Source: Lingula anatina (taxonomy: Eukaryota > Animalia > Brachiopoda). From it: 64,000 nucleotides of DNA. Location: NCBI GenBank assembly GCA_051362555.1, contig CM120642.1:26288001-26352000 (forward strand), in the 5' to 3' direction. The notes under the pieces are model-generated. The model was given only the letters and a program-made list of their open reading frames with translations, had not been told where the DNA came from and did no database searches. The translations under genes and the position numbers were made by a program. Below, one piece after another: positions 1 to 12,426 of the stretch; position 1 is the stretch's first letter; each line of letters opens with the position of its first letter.

Positions 1-2
1 TT

Positions 3-42
3 GTCTTCTCTCTCTCTCTCTTTCTTTCTTTCTCTCTCTCTC
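3..42. repeat. (TC)n/(TTTC)n microsatellite
   Basis: Directly visible. Confidence 0.9.
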
Positions 43-124
43 TTAAACACACAAACACCATGCATGTTTCTTAAATAGTGTAAGCTTCTTTTCATAATAA
101 ACTCTGGCGTTCATTTATCCGTAG

Positions 125-1014
125 ATATTCCGTGCTTGATATTGCTGACAAAGGTTGACAAAGTGAGCCAGATAGCCGATGTAGATCTCTCCAAAGTTTA
201 TCTGAGCAAAGCCCTGCAAGACAAGGTCAAACAAGTCGCTGACCTTCTGGGATTGCCAGAATCACAGGTAAGGTGGACAGTGGCGGATTAAGAGGGGGAG
301 GGGGGGGGGGTTCAGGACCCCCTCTTCGGTTTCTGAAAAATATATCGCACATATTGAAATTAGAATGTTAACTAACTAAATTATAGTTCCAAACCGTACA
401 AAAGCGCTCTGTTTGCTCTCCAAAACACCTAAAAATTGCGGGGTCCTTGAGCAGGCCCCGAACCCCACACCAAGAGGGCGATGGTCGGCTTCACATCAGA
501 GGCCTGTCTTTCCGGACCCCACTTCTAGTAATCCTGGATCCGCCCCCGGGTGGATAAGCCTACTATGCATGTGTACTCATATTTTTGAACAACAAAAGTG
601 AACAAAAAACCTTGTGAAAAAAGTAATAAATAAACGAATAACTAAAAAAATTAGAAATAAGATTATATTGGAAAAAAGACTTCGTACAAGTTTTATTGAT
701 ATGTAGGCCTACTTAAGTTTTTCATCGTGTATATTATGAGTTACGTAATGTACCAGTAAAATTAAAAAGAAAAGAAAACAAAACAAAACCCAAACAGGGC
801 TTATGCATATTTGCTACAATTTTTAATCTACATGTAGGTGCTCTTGGTGAAGAACTACTGCAAGGAAGTGGAGCTGGATGCTAGTGTCGACGTTCTCACT
901 CTCACGGCGATACAGCGAATGCTTGGGTGTGCGGACGATTACTTCGATGAGCTTGCATCCCAGCAGTGTTCTGACAACTTTGAGAACGTGCAGCTTGGCA
1001 TGCAAGCCATTTAA
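125..1014 (+). CDS. Interferon-induced protein 44-like (IFI44/IFI44L family), last two coding exons (125-267, 838-1014); 5' part lies outside the window
   Basis: AG/GT-bounded exons splice in frame to (D)IPCLILLTKVDKVSQIADVDLSKVYLSKALQDKVKQVADLLGLPESQ|VLLVKNYCKEVELDASVDVLTLTAIQRMLGCADDYFDE...AI*. The LLTKVD, VKNY..E.ELD...D.L.L and ADDYF motifs match the IFI44-family C-terminus. Confidence 0.8.
278..548. mobile_element. GC-rich MITE (CAGTGGCGGAT...GGATCCGCCCC ends) in the IFI44-like intron; related partial copies at ~1578-1845, ~17124-17220, ~38045-38160 and ~47364-47480
   Basis: Imperfect terminal inverted repeats, G/C homopolymer tracts, and recurrence of the GGCGGATCC/GGGGGTCC/GGACCCC motifs at several loci in the window. 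Confidence 0.6.
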
Positions 1015-2340
1015 AATTTGTATTGCTGTGGCAGATATTGAGCGATTTTTTTTTTTGGCAAAAAAGTGCAATGTGTTTAATTTTACCCTAAAAAAGCATA
1101 TTTAATGACACTTTAATCCAACTAGGAACTGCTGGTATAATTAATGCGTATTGTATTCAAGAAAATTAACAATCTTGTTCGATCACTATTTTTACTAATC
1201 ACATAAAGGCTACTATTTCAAATGATGTACATGTATGATATGTTGGTTTGTGCATATATACAGTATGGGATAATTTGTAACTTAATCTTTTCTCCGTATC
1301 CAGTCATGAAACATCCAACAATTAGGTCAGGCAGTGTTTTCTAGAGAACTCAATAATTTGCAGCGATAATACTTTATTACAGTCACAGTTTGATAGCAAA
1401 GTTAGTAATCGTTTGCCAGACCGTGACTTTGCCCTCATATCATTTCGAAGCTGTGAAAACGCCTGCAATCAAAAAATTTGGTAGAGTACAAAATAAAAAG
1501 TATAAGTGAATAAAAGCTATGAATGGCAGCTGTGATGTTTGCTTCTGTCACTTTATTTATATATGAATATACAAGTACAGTGGCGGATTTAGGGGGGTTC
1601 AGAGGGGTTCTGATCCCCCCCTTCCATTTCTGAAAAAAAAATCATACCAATGGTCCCGTCTTCAAATTAGGATTTTAACTAGCTAAATCATAGTTCTAAA
1701 CCGTGCCAAATGGCACCGTTCGCCCTCTAAAATACCAGATTTTTTTTGGAATCCTTCAGCGGGCCCGAACCCCACGCCAAGGGGGGGGGGGGGGGGGGAG
1801 AGAGAGAGGGGCGGCTTGCCATCTGCGGACCCCCCTTCAAATAATCCTTTGATATACTACGGTACATATAGGAAAATCATATCGCATCGCAAACATTGCA
1901 AAAAATAAAAATAAATAAATAATAATATATAGGCCTATTCAGACCCACTAACCCAAGATAAGTTGAATCAATATTATCATTATTTACATCGGACAGCGAA
2001 GAGCTTTACACCCACGTGTTTAAAAGGCACCCTCGATATCAGTTGTAAACAATCCCACGTGGTCTGAAGAGGCGGGAATCCCGTTAACGGGTCTGAATTA
2101 AGAAATAAAACTACACCGAAATTTTCCTTTGTATTAATTTTTATACATATTTCATTAAACATATTATGGAAATCAATTTATTGCATTATTGTAATAAGCT
2201 GATAGGTCAAGATGATATGAACCAATGAAGCTTTGATATTATTTTCTATCAAAACCCGTATTGTATGAGACCTGGAAATCCCTGCAACCTCAACAGCGTG
2301 GTGATCCTTCAGGTTCTGTCGCTTTTGCACGAGAGAAAAA

Positions 2341-2714
2341 ATGCCGTCAAGAGAACTCTCCGAGTACGAAAAGCTTCGACTGAAGAATATCGAAGATAAC
2401 AAGAAAATACTTGCACAACTGGGACTTCTAAATCCGGTAAGATTTGACTGATCCGTGCAGCACTGTTGTTTAGTTAATTAAAAACCAAACTTCAAAAGTC
2501 GCAGAGATCACAACTACAAGATGGGTAGAGTGCAAACTTCTATACACTAGTCTCTGTAATATTGATGATATATATACTCGGTATGTTACATGGCATACTA
2601 GTACATAAATGGGCAGCATGAATTACTTATTATATTATATTGTAGCATCATTATATGTATAGTATACTACATAATATTGAAGTGTATAATAATACTATCT
2701 AATGACCTCCCCCC

Positions 2715-2745
<31 letters not shown>

Positions 2746-5700
2746 ACACACACACTTATAGATCGTCACAATGGATTTGCAGATTTTGGACTTATTTATT
2801 TATTTTTTTTTATTTATTAATTTTTTTAGAAAAGGTACATGTAGAGACTGATATTTGAATACTATACCTGTCTGTGAAAAACAGTATGTTGGCACATAAA
2901 AGATCTCGAGATCTGATCAGTTCTCTAAAATAACAACTCATGTTTTCCAACTTTTTGTTATATACTTCAAAGATTACAAACCTATATTGACTACTATTGG
3001 AAGTTTGTGGTTTGAACATCAGAAGTAAGTTTTAATTAATTCATGTGATCAGCAATCATTAGAAAATGCCACATAGTAATATATTTATCCTGCAAATTAA
3101 GCTTATATTTCCCATTATTATCTTTAATTCAGATGTGAATTGATGTTATTACTCGCCTAACAGTAGTTAGAGAAAAGTGCAATATCAATAAGGCATTAAA
3201 CTGAAGTATCCTATATATCAATTTTATTTCAGTGAAAGGGCATTTATCATAAATATGTACATTTTTCTTTCAGTTTAAACCTCTGCCAAGAATTGTGACA
3301 GGTGGAGTTAAAAGAAAAAGGCCGCAATCAAATACACCAACTAAAAAGAGAGTTATTGAAGAGACAGACAAAGAATATGGCTCAGTGCACGAGGTGGGGC
3401 GGAGAAGGCGCTCATTAAGAGTACGAGGAAAGGTATACAAATATCTGAAGTGTTTTAAAATACTTGATTAAAAATCTTTTACAATTGATTTTCAATTAAA
3501 TGTTAGTATATTGTAAAATGAGCCTGTTATTCAGATATGGCTGCTTAGATAAAGGTTTGTGGAAAAAAGATTTTTTGGTCCACTTTTCATTTCATAATTG
3601 GGTAACAAGTCACACACACTTTTAAGTTATGTGTTAGAAAGTCAGTAGCGGCAGGAATTTGATATGTTTTTCTAAAATATATGGAAACTTGTTTAACTTT
3701 ATTAAACATTTTTAAAATTGATATATAGACTCCAGAAGAGACTGCAGAGCTTGAAGATGAAGAAGATGAGGAATATACCCCAAAGAAAATCTACCCAAAA
3801 AGAGAGAATTCATATGGAGCAATTGAAGGTGGGAGTCTTTATCTATAATGCATGATTTTGAAATGAATATTTTTTACTGTTTGTGTAGTCCATGGACACT
3901 TATTTTAGCTTGAGCATGAAATGATTCATGTAAGATGATGCATATTTAGTTATTAATGACAAGGGCAGGGGATCTTATAATATTTTCTTGGTTTGGCTGA
4001 ACCACTACCGTATCATTGTTATGCATTTACATAAAATTATAAATGATAGCAATAATGATATTGAAATAAATATATAATAATCAGTGGATAAGTCAAATGA
4101 TAAAGACATCTTGAGATGAAATTATATACAGTGAAGTGTTATACTTTGTAGTTGTAGCAAATATTCCTGTGGCCTATTCAAATTAAAAACTGTGATGTTT
4201 TTTCCTCCTTTTGAAGGTGTGGATGTGGGATTTATATGGGAGACGAGGATGGAATGTTCAAGAGCTGGCATACATAGGTTAGTGCAGCTTGCTTTGTATG
4301 AAACGGAGAAGAAAAACATTTTTCTTTTTATATATGGGCTCTTTGAAGTTGGATTATAAAAAGTAATTGATTATTTCATGTTAAGTATTAAAAACAGCTG
4401 AAACCTCTCTCCATAACATACAAAACCAAAATGTATTTTCAGATGTGCTTCATGAAAATTCTAGTAAGGTATATGAGGAATGTCAAACAATTGCTTTGAC
4501 TTATGCTAATTATGCAAAGAAATTAAATATTGACTATCTGGTTATTTTTATGTGAAATCAAACTTTTTGATGATATCCACTCCTTATTTTACATTAATTT
4601 CTCTTCCTCAGGCCTCCTGTGTCAGGAATTCATGGCGGTGAACAGGGTGCTTACTCCATCGCCCTGTCAGGGGGCTATGACGATAACGTGGACTTGGGAG
4701 AGTGCTTCACCTACACAGGAGAGGGCGGGAGAGATCTTAGAGGCACCAAGACCAATCCCAAGGTATGATAGAAATTTGGAACACCACTTCCAATTTAAAA
4801 TGCTTATTTACATATTTATTAAAAGTCTCATGTTTCTCCTGGCATGTCGCATCAGTAGAATCTGTCTTCTGCCCCTGACCTTTAACTCAGATCATGTGAC
4901 TTTTTACATCACACAGGGCACTGATACCAATCATTTACTCTCCCTCTATTTCTTAGAAACAGATTGTAAATCATAGTTTATGTTGATATTGAACATTTTA
5001 TTAAAGATTAAGTGGTGAGAGTGCCTTTAGGTTTATGTTGATATTTGACCCTTTAATTGTTCAGAACCTGCGCACCGCCCCTCAGTCCAAGGACCAGACA
5101 CTGACCCGGGGCAACCTGGCTCTGTATAACAGCGTGGAGAGTGGTCATCCTGTCCGTGTGATCAGAGGGTACAAACTGACCAGCTCGTTTGCCCCAGAAG
5201 AGGGCTACAGATATGATGGTCAGTGATGGTTGAATATTTTGATATTAAAAGATTTGATTTAATGAATGGTAATAAATTATCATATTTATTGTAAAGAAGA
5301 CAATGCACGGCGACAGATGAGTTGATTGTTGATTTTTATTTATTTTATTATTTATTCATTTATTATTATATTTTATGGAAATCACTAACTCACAAAAAGA
5401 CAAGCTCAAAATGTATATATTTTAATGGATAAAACCAATTGGAGAATTTTTTATTTCTTAGAAAATAAGACAATAATAAAATAAGATTATATAAAGATCT
5501 TCCATTGTGTAAAATATCATCTGGAATAATTTTTCTTCGCCAGGTTTGTACACTGTCACCAAAGCATGGTTCTCCACTGGAGTCTCAGGATTTGGCGTCT
5601 GGAGATTTGCCTTGAAGAGATGCCCAGATCAGGCACCGCCTCCATGGACACTCACATATGCTGTAAGTTGCCAACAAAGTTAACACAACTCTTATCTGTG

Positions 5701-7694
5701 TTGATAATTATGAATTTTGTCAGAAAACATAACACTTGCCTCTTCTGTAAGTTGTGGACTTCTTGAGAAAACGACATACCTTTTATGAACTTTATTGTCT
5801 ATTCATGTTTAATAGGGCTCTACCTATTTCTGGGTGGTAATAAGACAAGATAACTCATTTAAGGATGTAGATAACAGGGGTAGCTATCTTCTAAACCGGC
5901 CAAGATATACCAACATGTTACATATCAATAGAAAGCTTATTTCAACAGCTCTTCATTTCATATCCTTATTTTATTATGTAATCGTTACGTAATGAGATAT
6001 GGTGCTTAATAGGTGTGCTCACCATGATCTTTACACCTTAAAAACTAGAAGTCCACTACAAATGGACATGTGTAGACAGCTTGACTCGTGAGCCCTCATA
6101 GGGATCAACAAGAATGCGCCTGAAATTAGCGATATGTGTTAAATTAGCAGAGATATCAAAATAAACTTGGTTTCCAGTTCAACAAGACCCCCTAGCCTAA
6201 CTAAAGCATGCCTAAGTTGAAAACGGAGCTGATGTTATGAAATCCCAGACACATACTTTCAGACAAACCTTAGATCTAACGAATGAATACCAGCTTTCAT
6301 CGGTTGAGAGTTCTAATTAATTTTGACACTGGTCTAAATCGTTCCCTTGAAGCCATAAACTGAAGCAGAGAAATCAGCCTTTTAGTGCTCCCCGGAGATT
6401 CCAACGTTATATAATCAGTGAGCTGCATTGGCAAGCTGAGAAATTTAGTTATTTATACTGGTTCAGCCCTCTACTCACTGCCTATGTAACTGTCACTATG
6501 TCTTTCATCCATTTTCAACATTATTATTGAACATTTTCAACCGGAGGCCCCCTCCATGCATTGACAGCAGCCACCATGTTAGTCGTGACGTCAGCCTTCT
6601 TCACCATGTGACACCTAGGGGGAGTGCCTTTGCCCATATACGTCTCATCTATATGTCTGCTTTTTAAAGCTTTAATAGATCGTCAGAATTAAGTTCACTG
6701 ATAAATTCAAAATGAAAAGTATTGTTTGGCAAGTGAAAGCGCGACGTTACTCACAGAATGTGAAAGGCTTAGCAGCAATCTAGTACGGGAAATATACAGC
6801 TGCACAGTGGAGCTGCCAATCAAACACATATATGGACAAGTGTGACCTACTTTAAAACTCAGACACGCTACCACAGGGGTAAATCAGCAATTAGGCTAAA
6901 ATTACGGGTTTATTTGTAAACTTCCATTATTTTAAGATAGGCTGATATGTAGTTGATATTTCATCTATCTAATACTGACAAATTCAGAAAAACACCCAAA
7001 TTTTGACAATTGACTGTTAATTACTACCTTAAATGACTTCCTCCATACTTTGTAGCCTGAAGAGCCTTTAAAGTTTAAATTATATTATAATTATGTATTT
7101 TTTGCCTTAAGTACAGTATGTAAGCATGCATTGTAGGAAGAACAAATGTTTAAAGTTTTACCCCCCCCCCAAAAAAAAGGGAAAAAAAACATTGTTCTTG
7201 CAAACATCTTCTAAAATTGTAAACCCATAAATATTGATAGTTGAAACCATTCAAGAGGTCAAATTTTTCTTCATCAGGAAAGTCCATCCAAGGATAAACA
7301 CGGGGATGTGGAAGAAACTGATCCCTCAGCACATCAGCAAGAAATATCTGCTCCAGATGCCTGTGATGAAGAAGCTGCTGACACTACTGCTACTAAAATT
7401 TTGGAAAACCAGGATGTTGGCAAAGATGACTCTAAGGATGGGGACAAAGATGACATTAAGGATGATGACGAAGATGACATTACTGCTGCTACAGATGTTG
7501 ACAAGGATGGTAACACTGAAAGCAAGGATCATGACAGTGGCAGCAAGAGTGACATCAGTGAAGGTGAAAGTAATGGCAGTCCCATGTCAAGTGAAGTAGA
7601 TAAAGAATGTGATCAGGTTGAAGACGCAGCACCATGCTCGCCTCCTTCTGAGAGTGATAGCAGAGATTCTGAATTGAGCGAGGCTAGTCGCTAA
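2341..7694 (+). CDS. Stand-alone SRA/YDG domain protein (UHRF1-SRA-like), 418 aa; exons 2341-2436, 3274-3432, 3729-3828, 4217-4277, 4612-4762, 5065-5218, 5544-5662, 7278-7694
   Basis: All introns are GT-AG and the phases chain to one 1257-nt ORF. Exons 3-7 give [68 protein letters not shown]...PVRVIRGYK...[14 protein letters not shown]...[11 protein letters not shown]...PPPW, a clear SRA/YDG domain. No UBL, Tudor, PHD or RING domain is seen, so this is not UHRF1 itself. Confidence 0.9.
5863..7028. mobile_element. Non-autonomous Kolobok-like DNA transposon in the last intron of the SRA gene
   Basis: TTAA on both flanks (5859-5862, 7029-7032). Imperfect TIRs GGATGTAGATAACAG / CTGTTAATTACTACC. 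Purine-purine termini with a TTAA TSD fit Kolobok. No ORF. Confidence 0.6.
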
Positions 7695-8664
7695 GTTTAT
7701 GAAGAAACTACAGGATGAGATTGTAAATACATACCTGAGAGTAAACTTTTTATATCTTTTTGTATATAGATTGTTATGAAATAGAACTGAAGGAAAATTC
7801 TTATTGACATGTATAATGCTGTTTTTCTTGGAAAAACTGAAACACACCTGCCATATTTTTCTGAAAGTGAAATTTGATGTTGCAATAATGTGAAGGTAAC
7901 TATGACCACCACAGTGAGCAATGCTGCTTTTACAACTGAAAATTTTGGGTACTTTGCAAATACGATGAAATCGCAATATTTTATTGGGCAATTTATTTCA
8001 TGACTTTTTTTCAGTGTGGAGCTTGGTGCTTTAATGACAAGGTTTTCTTGATGCATCTCAGCTGTATTGTGACCGGTGCATCATATATTTCGAAAGCTTT
8101 ATTTTGTTACATATGTAGTTTTGATGACAGAACACATTCATGACATAGAATTTTGTTATGATTTTAAAAATCTGAATTCTGAGAATGAAAATTTCAACTA
8201 TGCATAGGTCTGAAGTCAAAGGATTGCCATTTTTATTTTTATAATATATTATGTAAATAATTGTAAAGGTTTTGTTGATTAAATGTTATGCTTATATTTT
8301 ATAAACAAACTTTTAAATGCGGCAATTCATTGTCAGTGATGACTTGAAATGTTATAACTGTTATAAAATATTAATTAATATACTTAGTGTGTACAAAAGA
8401 CAATTTAGTTTGTGATGATTTGCATTATTTTCTTTTCTATAAATTTGGAAACGTGCTTATTTTATTTTATATATGAAAGTGTTTTTTCAAAAGGTTATTG
8501 AACTGTATTTGTAGATTTTATATTAAATGTAGGTAGTTTTTTTTCGCAAGTGCTGCAGTAACATAAATTGTTTTAGTGATTAGAAGTAGTTTTTTATTTT
8601 TGTCAGGATAAAAGAACAATCAAATATTGCAAATGCCATAAGCACTCATTTTTTAGGCAACATT

Positions 8665-9285
8665 TCATTACAGTAACTCTCCAAGTTACCAGTAATTTGA
8701 AAAAAGCTACATGTATTCATAATGGTTGTAGATAAACTATGTTCATAGATTTATAGTTCAATAAAATATACATTAAGCATGGTTTTGGTTATTTCATGTA
8801 AATGATAAAAAAAATAATGCAGTATACAAGTTTACAATTTTTCAACTTTTTATTTTCATCACAAATATTTGGAGTACTCTCACAATCACTAGAAAGATGT
8901 ATTGTGATACATGAACTTTCTCAGAGATAAAATTGGCATGACAACACCGGGATAAACGTTTCATTTTTATTCTGAAAATAAAATTCAAAAAAATATAAAT
9001 GGTTTTATGAAGAGATAAAAAAAGAAAATAACTAATAGTATCGCGCATAATGAATCTACTTCGTAATATTTACATAAGACAGTTGTACGTTAAACAGAGC
9101 ATAATTTAACTGGCTGCTGAAATAAAGTATTTTTCCGATGAATTGTTTATTTACCATAATTGTAACCTTCGTTTGTGGTAGAATGCCAAATTTTCACAGA
9201 GAAAAAAGTGACTAAAAAGATTAAGAGATGGAACCGAAAAACCGCCGAACCTTCATTTGGCAAACGGAAGGACGACAGTAATAAT
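8665..9285 (+). repeat. Inter-unit spacer 'X' of the zinc-finger cluster; copies at ~16075-16690 and ~22505-23040 (continuing ~30558-30640), diverged copy at ~51595-51745
   Basis: Shared sequence, e.g. TGTATTCATAATGGTTGTAGAT(A/T)AACTATGTTCATAGATTTATAG and CTCACAATCACTAGA(A/G)AGATGTATTGTGATACATG. Confidence 0.8.
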
Positions 9286-11984
9286 GGGGAATACCCGCTT
9301 TAAGGGTCTGCCGCTAGATGGCGTGGGGGTGAAAGCAGTCCTTCTAAAATCTCGCAGAATCTCGCTCACGGCTTTACACCAGAGTTTAACATGGAGTGTG
9401 TGCACGCGTCGCTGACAGTGAACCAATTCAAACGCAATTTACTTGAATGTGGTGCCAGAACATCTGGATGCAAATGTGAATTGACTGGAAGGTATGTGTT
9501 TTCTTTTTATTTAGTGCTTGAAAAACACGAATGCTAACTCTTTTCCTTGAAAAAATCAAAGATTAGTCGAGGTGTGTGTGTCAAATCTGTATTATGTACA
9601 TGTAGACTACTCTAGGTACGAGTAGGCCTACGCTCATATTTTTTTTAGTAGCACAAAAGACGAAGATTTTTAATACTTAGTAAATGTACTTATTTATTTT
9701 CTTTATAAGGTTACCCAAAGAAGGCCCATATATCGGGGGCAAAGCCTGAAACTGTCGATTTCAGGACCCCAGGACAGCCAACTTCAAGAGCAGGATAAAA
9801 TGATTACTTCAGGAATCTTACCTATCACTTCACATCAGCGGCAAAGATTGATGTAGCCACCAGTAATGCCTACCCTAAAGCTGACTTACAGGCGGCTGTG
9901 ATGGACAACAACTATTGCCAAGTGCCATGAAAAGAATAAAGCATGGATAGAGGGAATGATGTAAGTGAAAACAGAGGTCTACTATTAAGAATCGGGCCCA
10001 AATATGAGAAAGAATTATCAAACTAGGTGATAGGTGACATCATAGAATTATAATATTGTATCTAAACTAATCTAAATTGTATCTATTTAATGCTGTAACC
10101 ATCTACCATGCTTTAATGGGATATGAATATTTGAGGAACAAACAGCTAAGGACACTGAGTAAGCAAGTTATAACAAGGAAAGAGCGCAATCTGACACAAG
10201 GAGAGACAATGGCGGATCACTGCCTCAAGATTTGGAGAGATAATTGCAGCTACAGAGAAGAAGTATATAAACAAACTGTATGAATCATTGTTGTGTCCAA
10301 AACCATTGCAGACACATGACAGTTGGACCTGGACCTGATTTCCCCTTTTGGAATGTGTATCTCGTGCACAAATCTGGGCCTAAAGAAAACCTGCAAATAC
10401 TTTACTCAGTTAGAAGGCCAGATGTTCATTACGAATCGCCCATTCTGCTATTTTGTTGTGTTTACATTCAAAGATCTGTTTGTGGGGTTGATTCATTCTG
10501 ACACTGGATATTTTTCTACATGTATTTTGCCGAGGATAACTTTTTTTAATGAAAAACACTATAGGAAGTACGTGTCAGCTAGTTTATAGAAAGTACCCCT
10601 GTATGAGGTGGTTTTATCTGCAATCACAATTTTGAAGTGCCATTTTAAAAAAAATGTTTTAACTAAAATGAAATTATTTGGTGGTGCTATATTCTTTACA
10701 AAAAGTACTTATGTGTTTATGCTGTTTTTAATAATATTTAATTGTAATGAGAAAAAACTATGATGCTATTTTGTAAAGTATTTTTAGTGGGATGAAATAA
10801 TTTGATAGTTGTATTTACAGCAAATAATTTGTTTTTTCTGCTTTTAAAAGAATTTTCAAAGTGCTGACATAATGTGGTGGTTCTATTCAAGTAAAATAAT
10901 TCATAAGTACTATTTTGTAAAAAGGAACAAAAAAACTGTTCATTTGTAAAATGTTTGCTTTCTTTAATTTTTATTTCTTAAACTGTTACAAAAAGTTTTC
11001 CATACCTACAATAATCCATTGGCTGAGAAATTGCAGCTATATAATCAGGAAAGTTATAGCACAAATAAATTATCTAAGTATTACATGGTTTCATGGTTTT
11101 TACTATGGACTGAATAATTATTTTGTTTAAATAAAACATTTGGTTTTGCTGCTTTTTAATGAATTTTCAGAGCAATGAAATAATATGGTGTTTCTACTCA
11201 AGTAAAACAATTCAGAAGTGCTATTTTGTAAAAAAAAGAATAAAAACTGTTCATTTATAAAATGTTTTCTTTCTTTAAATTTTATTTCTTAAACTGTTAC
11301 AAAAAGATTTCCAAACATGCATTATTCCATTGGCTGAGAAATTGCATCTATACATGTACAAATAAATTATCTAACTATACCTAGTTTTATGATTCTTACG
11401 ATGTACTGAATAATTTTTTTAAATAAAAATAATTATTTTATTAACATTACCGGTCATGCTCAATACATCAATAAAAAAGGATATTACTTAATAACACAAC
11501 CTTATGCGGGTAGAAGGCTACCGGCACTTATGTATATTTACTGACAACTCTTCTGAAATTACGGACATAAGAAGAAAACGCACTTTGATAAATCGTACTT
11601 CCTAGGGGCACTTTCTTGCTATGGAGCTCTCTTTCCAAACTTTATAATTTTTTCCAAGATCAATTAACCTTTCTACGTGTATTCTTTTTGAGGCAACTCG
11701 TCTATCTTTAGGGGCCTAATTACTGTGCCTGGGTCAAGTTGTAACTGTCCTTTTAACATGGAAGGTGTGTTGACATGGGCAACCCTTCACTTCAAACGAA
11801 GCCCTGAATCCTCAGGAAAATTATGCCCACCTTGCCGACTTTGACATTCAGGTACACAACAATACTGAGGCATGTTTATTAAGGCCAGTGCCACAGTCCA
11901 ACGTATATGATATCCAACATGGCGACTGTGGAAGGACTGAATTCACACTAGCGACACCTGGCGCCAAGCGGGCTGGTATACCTC
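9286..11984. mobile_element. Internally deleted ISL2EU (PIF/Harbinger-related) DNA transposon, copy 1
   Basis: Absent from the paralogous site at ~16681-16692 (TAATAATTGGTG), which gives an AT TSD. Imperfect TIRs GGGGAATACC / GGTATACCTC. Plus strand: SAP-like remnant at 9391 (LTVNQFKRNLLECGARTSGCKCELTGR) and YqaJ exonuclease C-terminus at ~10350-10589 (KYFTQLEGQMFITNRPFCYFVVFTFKDLFV). Minus strand: THAP remnant from 11873 (MPQYCCVPECQSRQGGHNFPEDSGLRLK*RVA) and DDE_Tnp_4-type C-terminus (RRVASKRIHVERLIDLGKNYKV). Convergent YqaJ and THAP-transposase genes with an AT TSD fit ISL2EU. Confidence 0.85.
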
Positions 11985-11986
11985 AT

Positions 11987-12101
11987 TGGTGAAGTATCGG
12001 AAGCTACTGGATTCCCATAGCAGTGCAAAGGCCTACCTTTACTCACATTTTAACAGGTTACAGAATTTTATTGTCACAGCCAAACGAGAGAAGAAGTAAG
12101 T
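11987..12101 (+). promoter_or_regulatory. Putative promoter / non-coding 5' exon of zinc-finger unit 1; paralogous at ~16689-16818 (unit 2) and ~30990-31106 (unit 3)
   Basis: Conserved block TATCGGAAG(C/T)(T/A)ACTGGATTCCCA with an ETS-like CGGAAG, followed by a conserved GTAAGT donor (12096, 16813, 31089/31101) upstream of the first coding exon. Function inferred. Confidence 0.35.
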
Positions 12102-12160
12102 TGGTGTATATTATATACATGTATGAAAAAGAAGATCTATTAGCATCAGTACCTCACTTG

Positions 12161-12334
12161 GGGGGCGTCTCGATAGTCCGAAGGTTCATTGGTCCGAAGG
12201 TTCATTGGTCCGAAAAGTGGTAACATTTTCATCGATTTTTTAATCAAGGGTTCATTGGTCCGAAGGTTCTATAGTGAACATTCGGACCAATGAACCTTCG
12301 GACTACTGAACCTTCGGACTATCGCTACGGCCCC
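12161..12334. mobile_element. Short foldback/Mutator-like MITE with ~17-bp subterminal repeats (GGTTCATTGGTCCGAA)
   Basis: TIRs GGGGGCGTCTCGATAGTCCGAAGG / CCTTCGGACTATCGCTACGGCCCC; 9-bp TSD CCTCACTTG (12152-12160, 12335-12343). Confidence 0.85.
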
Positions 12335-12426
12335 CCTCACTTGATTAATAATCATTCCCTAAAATTTTGTTCAAACCATTCATTCTATTTTCATTTGTCC
12401 CCAAAAAGGAAGCGTTTAGCAAGAAA

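Noticed and set aside
4530-4976. 148-aa ORF spanning SRA exon 5
   Set aside because: It is in a different frame from the SRA motifs and runs through intron sequence.
7234-7599. Overlapping ORFs around the acidic last exon of the SRA gene
   Set aside because: Only the frame entered at the 7278 acceptor continues the spliced SRA ORF; the rest are low-complexity shadows.
2341-7694. Calling this gene UHRF1
   Set aside because: The ORF runs from ATG to stop with no UBL, tandem Tudor, PHD or RING domain; only the SRA domain is shared.
10323-10589. YqaJ/lambda-exonuclease-like ORF as a phage or horizontally acquired gene (also 24166-24468)
   Set aside because: It is a degenerate C-terminal fragment inside an ISL2EU transposon, a family known to carry YqaJ.
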